A stretch of 64,000 bases of DNA from Octopus sinensis (Eukaryota): positions 68,076,001-68,140,000 of the forward strand of contig NC_043000.1 in the NCBI RefSeq assembly GCF_006345805.1. Reading direction: 5' to 3'. Below, piece after piece: positions 25,496-64,000 of the stretch. The translations under genes were made by a program, and so were the position numbers. The notes under the pieces are model-generated. The model was given only the letters and a program-made list of their open reading frames with translations, ran no database searches and was not told where the DNA came from. Every line of letters begins with the position of its first letter. Position 1 is the first letter of the stretch.

Positions 25496-25926
25496 CTTTT
25501 TATTTAATATCTTATTTAATATAAGATTCAAAATGTTCACCACCATGCTCAATCATAATGGCCATTGTTTTTCAACTGCTAAAATCGAGTCAGTCAAAAA
25601 CACTGTGGTTTGATTTTTTCATCATTTCTTTGTTCTGAAGACCTGATCAAGAAGATAGCGCCAAAAGAAGAAATCTACGAGAGTGAGACTAGAGCTTCTA
25701 AGTGACTAAAAGATCAATCCTTCTCTACCCTTCCATCTGTGTGGAGTCGCATCACCTTTGCTGTAAAAAAACTGCTCAAGAATATTCTTAACTTTTTTTA
25801 TGAGGCACCAATATATTTTTCAGAGCCTCTTGTAGATATGTATTATCATAGTGGTATATAAAATAAATAATAAAATAATGCAAAATAAATTTAAAAGGAC
25901 ATGCAGAAGACGCTTTTTTGTGTAAC

Positions 25927-26098
25927 CACGCCCGTCGCTAAGGGAAATGGGGGCGCTGGATGGTACTCACTATTCAATGGTGCACCCTCAGATTGAGAAA
26001 ATACAGTTTAGAAAAATCTTACCGCAATACATATTAGTGCCCACCCGCAATATTCTGAAACGCACCCCTTACAAGCCTCAAAATCTAGCGACGGGCCT
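25927..26098. mobile_element. hAT-type MITE
   Basis: CACGCCCGTCGCTA ... TAGCGACGGGCCT; 8-bp flanks TGTGTAAC/CGTGTAAC. Confidence 0.75.
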
Positions 26099-26469
26099 CG
26101 TGTAACGTATGCAAGCAGTTAACTTTTGACGATTGAAAGCAAATGATCAAATGTTTCGTGTAACTTTTTGCAACCATATTCGCCGTTAAACTTGTTGACA
26201 GTGCTCCCAACACCAAAAGTAGCTTCAATGCATTCAATGATAGCGTGCATCACTGGCCATTGAGTCAATGGCGACATTTTCACACGTCACTATATTTATT
26301 ATCATCAGACAATTTATGAACCATTGACAAATGAAAACTTTTTATTTCACTAAATTTTAGACATCTTTGATTAAAGCTACACGAGAAAGAGAACACACCT
26401 ACGATGACTGCTATATTGAACTGAGTGAATTTTTGTTGAGAATGAATGAGCCTTGTTTCATTTGGTTTA

Positions 26470-26815
26470 GGCGCAGGCGTGGCTTTGTGGTAAGAAGTTT
26501 GCTTCCCAAACACGTGGTTCCGGGTTCAGTCCAACTGTGCGGTACCTTGGGCAAGTGTCTTCTACAACAGCTTCTGGCCGACCAAAGCCTTGTAAGTGGA
26601 TTTGATAGGCGGAAACTAAAAGAAGCCTATTATATAATGTGTTTGTCCTCCACCATCGCTTGACAACCGGTGTTGTTTACGTCTCCGTAACTTAGCGGTT
26701 CAGTTAAAGAACCGCTAGAATAAGTACCTGGCTTTTAAAAATTAAGCACTTGGGGTCGATTTATTTACTACAAAAAATTTAAGGATGTTACAGCATGGCC
26801 GCAGTTTGAAACAAA
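26470..26815 (+). mobile_element. Main-family SINE
   Basis: Head GGCGCAGGCGTGGCT..GTGGTAAGAAG through tail. Confidence 0.85.
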
Positions 26816-26825
26816 TATTTATATA

Positions 26826-27039
26826 TCTTTTATCTATTTACCTTTTACTTGTTTCAGTCATTAGATTGTGGCCATGCTGGGGCACAGCCTTAAAGAATTT
26901 TTAGTCGAATGAATCGACCCTAGTACTTTTTTTAAAGCTTGGTACTTAATCAGCTGAACCTCTAAATTACGAAGAACGTGAACACACCAACACCAGTTGT
27001 CAAGCTGTGGTGCATAACAAACACAGACACACACGTATG

Positions 27040-27040
<1 letters not shown>
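26826..27040 (-). mobile_element. Main-family SINE 3' half, tail-to-tail
   Basis: TTTTACTTGTTTCAGTCATTAGA..GGCCATGCTGG. Confidence 0.8.
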
Positions 27041-27072
<32 letters not shown>

Positions 27073-29249
27073 CATAATAATCGAAAGCAAAGCTGATGTA
27101 GGCAGGATTTCATTCGGTAGTTTAGAACACCGGAACGAAAACGGCAAAGCACTCAATCCGACGTTTTTCAAACACAGGGTGTAGAAGGAAGAAATTAGTA
27201 ATCAGTACGTCTTTAATCTGCTTACTGCACCGTTTTATTCAGATTTTATGATACTCATGTGAATTTCGGCCTTACCCCATATGAAGAAACAACAATGTAG
27301 AGACTACTGTAAATCATCTCGAACAGAATATCTTCACTGCCATCTCAACACTTGGCATGAAACTTGAGATGACTTTTAAAGAGAGCGGAAATCAAACTTT
27401 GTGACATGTATTTTCAAAGAGCATTAACGACATAAATGTCGGAACTAAAATGCCTACACAAGGAGCTTATCTCTCGTATTTATCTGACAGCAGTTTAATT
27501 ATGATTTCTGAAACGACCTCAGACTTTTTTTTTTTTAGACACAGTAGTGAAGAGAGAGAGAAATAAATAGGATATTCTAATGTTTATACCTGTGCTAAGA
27601 ACAATGTGCTGTAATGAAAACAGAATTGCAGATCTACGATTCGTCTCTTCCAAACGCATTTGTGGATTTCTTCATATTTGTTGCACGGAATTTTGTTAGT
27701 GAGGGTAGTTAAAGTAAAAATTCAAGCATTGCTTTATTTATCAGATATTTCGTAAACAAATTCAAAAGCATTTTGGAAAACGAAAACAAAAAAATGACAC
27801 ATCTCATTTCAGTGTATATTTACGTTTCGCGTACATATTTCAGATTTTTTTCTCTATTGGCCATATTGTTAATCATTAGATGCAGAGACATCCTAAGCTA
27901 TTAAAAATTGAAGAAATCCTAACTGGTAAAAAGATATGGTTGTGTGCAACAGCTAAACTCCACAAGAATGCCACCATAATACAACACAAAGTCGTGCAAG
28001 CGGAGAAGGTTAAGCTTCCGGGAACTTTTAAAATATACTAATTATTCAGTTACCAAGATATTAATAGAAACAGAATGCGTTAAATTGATTTTCTGTAATT
28101 ATATATTGTTCATTACTAACAATTGAAAATGACTGGCAAAAAATGAAATGACATTTGTAAACCATAGCATAAACAAGCATAGAAAACCAATTATTTTATG
28201 GCATTCTTACTTCATAAAATGAAACGCCTACACCCTGAGACCAAACTACAAGTTTATCATTTTCCATATTCAGAATATTAAACAGTCAGTTTGTGTTGTA
28301 CCGTTGTTGTTCGTACATGGTGCAGTCATCAAAGACACATTTTCTTTTAAACAATTTGCCAGAATTATACTTCAGAATTAGAGAGGGCACTATCACTGAC
28401 TTTTGCAGACCATCACAATACCTGTAAGAAACTACCGACGGGAAAAAAAGTTCAGAAGAGTTTGTTAGGAAACAGCGAGGATGAGATGTTGGTGAATGGT
28501 GCACACCTTGCTAGATCAGAGGAGCCAAAATGTTGACAGTAAATGTTTAAAAGTCAGGCAGAACGAAGATACAATGCATCGATGTATTAATGAGTGAAGG
28601 TTCGTCAATCAGTCATTTTTAATAATCACCTGATAATCATCTCACTGGAATTTCAGTTCTTCACTTAATATAAACAAAGATTATCAAGTAATTTTCCCAC
28701 CATTTACAATATCGACTTTAAGGCGTAATGTGATTAAAAACTCCACTTATGGTAACAGGGTGTGTAACGCCTCAAAGAGTTAAACATTGACTTTGCCTTC
28801 TGATTGGGCTTTCATTGGAGACAAAAAATAAAGGAAGAAAATCCCCAAAGAAACCATGTCAATTGGCATCACTGAGGTTAAGCTTTTACTTCGGTCAACT
28901 AAATTCACACTTGCCATGAACAGTTATTGCCAGGAAGACAGTTGCTGTTGGTAACTTGAAAATGATAGCAATACTAATATAAAAAAAAGTACATTTCAAT
29001 ACAAAACCGATTTCGTGACTCAGGTACTCTGAACAATGTGAAATACACGTTCATCTAAAATGGCAAACACGAAAAGGGACCTAGAGAATCAGGGGATTGA
29101 TTCGCCATATGAAAGAACGTTGTAGATTAAACGCTTTCAGCAGCTACTCTTTTTGCCAGGGGATATAGGCTGTGTGACACCAATATACACCAATACACAG
29201 TAAATTCAATCGTTAATAAGATGCCAAGAGATGAGTAATTATTTCATTG

Positions 29250-30190
29250 GGGGGAAATGTTTAATGGAAGGTAGAGCACATTGTAGCAGAGTTGATATGG
29301 TCTTCTGACAACTCCAGGATAAATGCATAAAATAGGACAGGTCCATGTATGTGGTATTTGTTGACTTCACAAAAAAGTATTTGATACTGAGGACTGCCAA
29401 CTATTGAGAATTTGTGAGAATTTTACATATATGATGTAGCTCATACACACTGGAATGATAATAGTAAAACATGCAAGAAACACATCAGGACGTATTTGCT
29501 CTCATGGTATTAAATAGAAGTATGTACTGGTACCTATACTGTTTCCCAAATCTTCCTCACAGCATTACTAGCGGTCTTCTGCAATCTTAAGGGTGGAGTT
29601 TATATGTTCCAGACTTCTGACATCACCACTTAAGAACAAAACGTGAACCACCAGAGCCTAGTAAGAGAACTACGGCGCATTAGTCACTCAGAGGACTATG
29701 GATGCATTCTCCAATGCACTTTAAACATTTGGTTTCGAGATAAAACGAAAAAGACAGAAGCCTTATCCTATTCAAGTCCTTTACCAACATGTATATCAGA
29801 GATGATGGCATTAATTTGGAAACTGTATCTTGGCAGTACAATAGTGGAAGATGGACGTATTGACACAAAACTAGAAATGATCATAGCAAAAGCAAGAATC
29901 GTTTCTGATTATTGTCTATGGATGTAGAAAATCAAGTTTCACCAGAATCAACTGCCAGATCTAGAGTTGTCGTCTTATCAATTGTTTTGTATAATGTCAA
30001 AAACCTGGATATTGTACAAGGAACCACATGATCACTCAATAAAATCTTTTGGAGACATAATTCCTGACAGTGAAATAACTAGGGCGACCAAAACTGCCAA
30101 ATGTGAAAGATATAGTTGGGGAAAACTTATGTTGAATGAGACGTGTTACACAAATTATCATCTTAAAGACCGTCCAAGCAGATCTTGAAC
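29250..30190 (+). mobile_element. Decayed RTE-clade LINE (RT remnant)
   Basis: VDMVF.QLQDKC...MYVVFVDFTK and YLGSTIVEDGRID..L..IIAKA across broken frames. Confidence 0.7.
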
Positions 30191-30259
30191 TCAATTGCTT
30201 AAAGGGTAAAGGAAATGTGACAGTGTTCTGTTGTAATCTTACCAGTTTGAATTAAACCC

Positions 30260-30440
30260 AATAGCTTTTTGTGGTAAAGTGTTTGACTCCAGCGCTAAAC
30301 TGGTACTTTATTTTACAGACCCTTGAAGGATGAAAGATAAACCTGATCTCGACGGAATTTGAATGCAGACTGTAAAAAGCCAGAAGAAATGCCATAACGC
30401 ATTTCTTTTGATGCTCAAAATCATGCAACAGCTTCTTGTT
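30260..30440 (-). mobile_element. Diverged Nin/Deu-like SINE
   Basis: CTGGTACTTTATTTTACAGACCC..AAGGATGAAAG. Confidence 0.65.
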
Positions 30441-33400
30441 ATTGTTACTTGCTGTTTAACCCATATCGACTGTGAAAGAAAAAGATTAAACTGTTTCTTT
30501 ATATGTCATGTCTTTCAGATACAAGCAGAAATAAAACATAGAAAATACCTAGTCTAGAAAAAACTAATAGAAAAACTATACATTCTTAAAAACCCAAAAT
30601 ATCTGCACTAGTCATAACTGTGGGTCTTATAAACTTCAGTAATGTGTTAGCATTAGTAAATTATGCATTAAAACTTTTCACATGATTTTCTTTTTATACA
30701 AATTCTTATTTCTTCAACTGAAGTTGCAGATTTTACAGCACTTACATGCAGACAATGTTCATTAGCTTAAGAATTATTAAGACATAAAACATATCTTTGA
30801 TCCATGTTTCTTTAGATTCCAGATTTTATCCAAAGCCAATTCATTTGTTTTCTAATTTGGTTTGAATGGAACAAATGGTACATCAAAGCATCACAGTTTA
30901 ACCAAGTGATTCTAGCAGATAGACAGGCAACATTTCCCAAAACTACAGCCCAAATTATAGCATTTGATGCAGTAGTAGTACTACAGACATTATAGGAACA
31001 ACTTCAGTAAAATGCTTTGCTATTAACTTTGCCCTCTATATCTTGGTAGTCAACAAAATTTAAATCAATACTTAATATAGCTTTGTGTCAAAGAAAGATA
31101 TTGAAATTAAATGACCCACATGAGAGAGAGAGAGAGAAAGAGAGAGAGAAAACCCAAAGAGTTGTAAAAATGAAATGAACATTTATTTCAAAAACATAAA
31201 CTATGTGATATGTTGCCAACACCATACTATCTATATGATGTAGGCCAAGAACAGGAATCTGTTAAATTAACTATAATAATTTTTTTTATTTGTTTGAAAA
31301 CAAATTCAAATGATATATCCCAAAGAGTAAACTTAAATCTATGGATGACACATGGAAAACACTATGATAGTTATGGCAATAATCTGTTTGTGGAATGAAA
31401 AGTATGGCCACAACCATTTCACAATAATAAAAAAGATAAAACAGTAACAAATGACAAGAGAAAAAGAAATCAAATATGGAGAATAAATAAAAAAAAAAGT
31501 TTAACATGATGATCATAGATATATTGATATTGGTTTGTATTCTTCAATGGTAGTTGGTTCATGCATTCAATTTAAAATGAACAATGGCATTATTGAGTCC
31601 TAAGTTAACTTTGTTGTTTAATCCCCAGGTCAGTTCAGCCCTGACAGGACAGACTTATTAATACATTCCAGCCATGACCATCCCGTCTAGAACTACATAA
31701 TCCAATGTGTTGCTTCTATTTCTATGGGGTACAAAAATAGATATTACATGGAAACACAGATAAACTTATCAACATGGCTTCTACATTGCAACAATATATG
31801 GGCCCCTGGTGAGGCAATGGAGAGAAACATCCTAAAAGTAATCAAGGGTCCTGCAGGCATTTTAGTGACCAGAATATCTCAATCTCTCACTAAATAAATT
31901 GTTATTCAACTTGATGAACTGTCTACAAGCAGCTGAAACACTATCTCTTACCAGGCTGTAATCTATATCATACATGACATACTCTGTTGCCAAATGCTCC
32001 ACCAGGTCCCAAATTCCTGGGCCAAATTACTCTTTTATCCTTCAATGGTTACTGGAACAGGTTCTGACAATTCCAACTAACTCATTCCTCTATTGGGCAC
32101 AGTCACATTCCATATGAAAGACATTAGTAAATTACTTCCTATGTGTTTATTGCAAGTTGACCTTAATTCTAGTTACAGTAACATAGTTGTAATATATTTC
32201 ATAACCATCAAGTGTGACATCCCTCTTGTCAGTAGCATTACCAAACAGTTCAAAGGCTTTGAGATTAGTCCCCCTCATACGACTAAAGATCCTAGTTGTT
32301 TCAGTGTTCTGGGCATCACTAAATATCAGAAGCATTATGAAAATGAATGCTTGTACAACTACAGACTAAAAGAGAACTTTACAGTGAATAAACAAAGTAA
32401 TGTAAAGAACCAGATCTTAAGAAACAGATAATAAAGATACTGAATATCAGTATGCTATTAAGACAAGAACTTTGAATTGATTCCCAAGACACGCAATTAC
32501 CATGAAAGATAAAAAGGAGACAGCTAAAATGACGAATAAAAGGAAATTTTTTTTTAAATAAGTTTCTTTCCTGATTTGCACTTCATTAGTAGACTAATGC
32601 CTCAATATGTGCAATTCTAATTTAGCAGCTGGTATATCTGTTGTCATTGGTTATATATATATGTCTTTCTTCTAGTATTCTGTTGTAATTCACAAGGGAA
32701 AATTTCTTTCAATGAACTACTATATTGCTGAGGTAGCTACTGGCAGTAGTTGACACACTACTATAATTACTGCTTTTATAGACTGTTTCTTCTTTTTTCT
32801 TCAGACTTTGAAAAACAAGTTTCAAACAGACAACAGCAGATCAGAGCTAATTAAAGTCAGACAGTTGTAATTAGATTCAATCATAACTAGAGGGGAACAT
32901 TTAAGTAGAAATCTTTATACAAATTGACAAGGAATTCCACCTCTTAATATTAGATCTGTCCACAAAGAAAACAAAACTAAAAGATGTCTAATACAAAAGA
33001 AATAAATTAATGAAAAATGTGAATGATCAAATTAACACAAATCTCACTAACCAAGAAGTAACAGTTCTTCTGCAATTAGTTCAAAGAGAGCTGACAAAAT
33101 ACATAGTTCCTACATTATTAATGTACTTGTCCAACACTACAGACATTTATTTAGAAGGAATTTAATAACAGTGTAGGGGAGCTAGCAAAATATTATTCGG
33201 GCAATTCAAAATGATCCTTAATACAAAAATTGCAATATACTCCCACCAAATAAAGAATATAACAATGCTGAAATGAGAATATCCATAGATGATAGACTGA
33301 TATTAATTTCCAATAGGTCCAAGTTGTTCAAATTGAGCAAGCCATGGAAACACTGACATTTATTTGGTCATCAACCAAAGTTACATGTAAAGGTAATACA

Positions 33401-35565
33401 CACACACACAGACACATATTTCTATATATATAGAACAGATAGACATACGTTTCTATATATATATAGAACATAAAATGTCTACATATACAGACATACACAC
33501 AAATCCTCAATTATCTAAACTTGAAGGAACAAGGAAATTTAAGATCTCAAAAAAAAAAAAACCCCTAGAAAATAAATAGGAGTGAGAAATAAAGCAGATC
33601 AATGCAAGAGTGGTCCAAATTAGTTCAAACTAAACTTAAGTCTAATTAAAACATTAATGAGAAACCTACCTGCACAAAGTGTTAAGTAGAATCCAAACAC
33701 AGACAAGTCTTGATATCCAATAGCAGATTTTTTAAATAGAGTGAAAACAGAGTTCTATATCACCTATTCATGACAGATCTTCATAATATATAAACATAAA
33801 ATCAGCCAGTATATTTCTTAACGCAAAAGATAACATTTGGCACAATGGCAACTCAAACACACATTATCATAGAACTTGAATAAGAGTAAGGCAGACAATG
33901 AAAACCATGTAGAAACCATGTTACATATATGCTTACATTTTGAACTAAGTGAAACCTTGCAAAGATAAAGAGTGGATACCCTCTGTGATCATGCATGTTT
34001 CGTATTGTTTAAAATATAACCATGTAATTCTAAGTTAACTATATATATATATATGTGTATGTTGTAATTGGTAATAATCTTCATCATATTTTCACAATGT
34101 GACTGGACTCTAAATCAGAAAATTATAGTTACAAAATGCTATTGATAGAAGGAAGATAAAGATAAACTGAAGATAATGCAGTTGCTTCTTTTTTAAGAGA
34201 AACCAAAAGGAACACTAAAAGAAATATATAGTATGCAATTTCCTCAAACTGTGTGTGCTTTTTTTAAGGCAAAGGAGGTATAAAAGCAAACTTATACAGT
34301 TTCAGAATCAAACATATCCACTATTTAAACTATGAAGGTATTGCTATTATACTAAGTAGGGTATACATGATGCAGCTCAGTCTAAATCTGACTCTTTTTG
34401 ATGCAAGTAGTGAAATTCAATATAGAAAATTTGCAGCCAAGTTTCAGAATATTTCCCTGCCACTCAACTTCAGTAAGGACAAAATTAGGATTGAGAAATT
34501 AAACACTTAGTAATTTACTTGAAATAAGATTTAAGCAAGGAAAAAAAACAAAACAAAAAAAAAAAAAAACAGGAAATCTAGATTTACAGTTAAATTGAGG
34601 TTGACAGTTTATGGGACTGAGTTCAAAGACGGGGAAAATAAGTTGTGATTCTAAAAACTATTGCAAATAAAAGATTCCCAATGAATGGAGTTAGGCAGAA
34701 CAATAAATGAATGTTATGATAGAAAAAAAATGATGCTACATATAGGCTGACACAGTTGAAGCAATGTGAATTAAAGGAAAAACCAGATTTTAGAGTGGGA
34801 CTGGTAAATTATGAAGTTTTAATGATATAAATAAGGCTTGTTGCTTGTGTTTTAGGAGTAATACTTGAAATATTAGGTCATTTTTAAAGTAAAATCAATG
34901 CTGAATGTACAGAGACTGGAGTGAAAAATACACACCCAAAAATGTATGTGGCTGTGTGCTTGAATGTGTGTGTGTGCGAATGCAGCTATACACAAAAAAA
35001 AAAGGGATTTAAGGAGATGGAACAACCATTTATGAACTCAAACAGTTCATTAATGTTGTCCATTAAAATATAATAATAAACTGTCAACTTCAGTATACCG
35101 CTGTTGGCAGTGTGATAATATTGTATCATATTTTCTTTAAATATATTAAGAAAGAAAGACTTTCTTCTTGGTTAGAAAGATTTCCACAAAGAATTCTAAA
35201 AATACAGTCATTGGTCCTGATAACAATGCTATAAAAAGAAAGAAAAACACAGACATGCTGCAAGGGATACAACTTAACATCTTTAAATCTGAAGTGTACC
35301 CAAGTGAAATAATGATAGAGTGTTGTTGGCATGTATCACTACATTGAAACTCTTATACAACCTATCCAAAGGTTGTCAATTCCCACAACAATTACACAAT
35401 TCCACTATGCTAGTCATTCAAAAGTTACATTTGCTGCAGTTATTCACCCATGCTATCCACCAATTACTTTTATCATTACAGCATGTATATTAATGAGATA
35501 CCCGAGCAAAGATTATTCTGACCTTTGTTAAACTATTTTGCTACTATAAGTATCCAAATATTGAT

Positions 35566-35571
35566 TTTATT
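35566..35571 (-). promoter_or_regulatory. Candidate SMC1 polyadenylation signal AATAAA
   Basis: First AATAAA I found on the minus strand after the stop (~350 nt downstream); no clear downstream GU-rich element. Confidence 0.3.
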
Positions 35572-35921
35572 CTCTCCAGCTTTACATTAGAGTTGTATAT
35601 TACAAGCTCACTATCCAGAAGAATGAGTCTGTGTGGAATAAAGAACAGAGAATTCCCAGTGATGTGAAGAACAGTTAAGAGGAAATGAATTAAGAAGGCT
35701 CTCCTTCCTGAATGACAGCAGTATGTAATGGTATTTTCTTCAGTTTAGTAATCAATGCTACCAGTTGAGTGGAAGACCATAAAATTAGCAACAAGGTGTT
35801 GTGGTTGCAAATATTTAGTCATTACCAGTAAACTTAGCATTGTTTAACATCCCGGAATCAATCTGCTGTATTTCCTTGTTGCACTGTAATAATAAGTTAA
35901 ACTATTTTCTGTGCAGGACTA

Positions 35922-64000
<28,079 letters not shown>

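Noticed and set aside
31950-32020. Possible minus-strand exon IWDLVEHLATEYVMYDIDYSL with a GTAAG donor
   Set aside because: Purine-rich acceptor, no partner exons, no recognisable homology.
32805-32870. Strong plus-strand acceptor followed by a short open frame
   Set aside because: All frames close within about 22 codons and no upstream exons were found; insufficient for a convergent gene.

Overview
AT-rich eukaryotic DNA. The SINE families and microsatellite load point to a coleoid cephalopod, probably Octopus (inferred, not searched). The right part (35.9-64 kb) holds the last 19 exons of one minus-strand gene, cohesin subunit SMC1. All 18 introns are GT-AG and the exons splice into a continuous frame of about 849 aa plus stop, covering coiled coil, hinge, LSGGE signature and Walker B; the 5' end lies beyond the window. 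The left ~29 kb has no gene I can support and is a mosaic of SINEs, microsatellites, MITEs and decayed transposons. The most notable observations are: (1) several Penelope-type minimal hammerhead-ribozyme motifs, twice arranged as back-to-back inverted pairs; (2) an RLE-type (R4/Dong-like) retrotransposon fragment with (TACA)n on both sides, suggesting microsatellite targeting; (3) a near-perfect 219-bp palindrome inside an SMC1 intron; (4) two related fold-back MITEs carrying telomere-like repeats; (5) inverted repeat pairs in SMC1 introns; (6) a sharp CpG-depletion boundary near 30 kb. All analysis was by eye; repeat boundaries are approximate unless termini are quoted.
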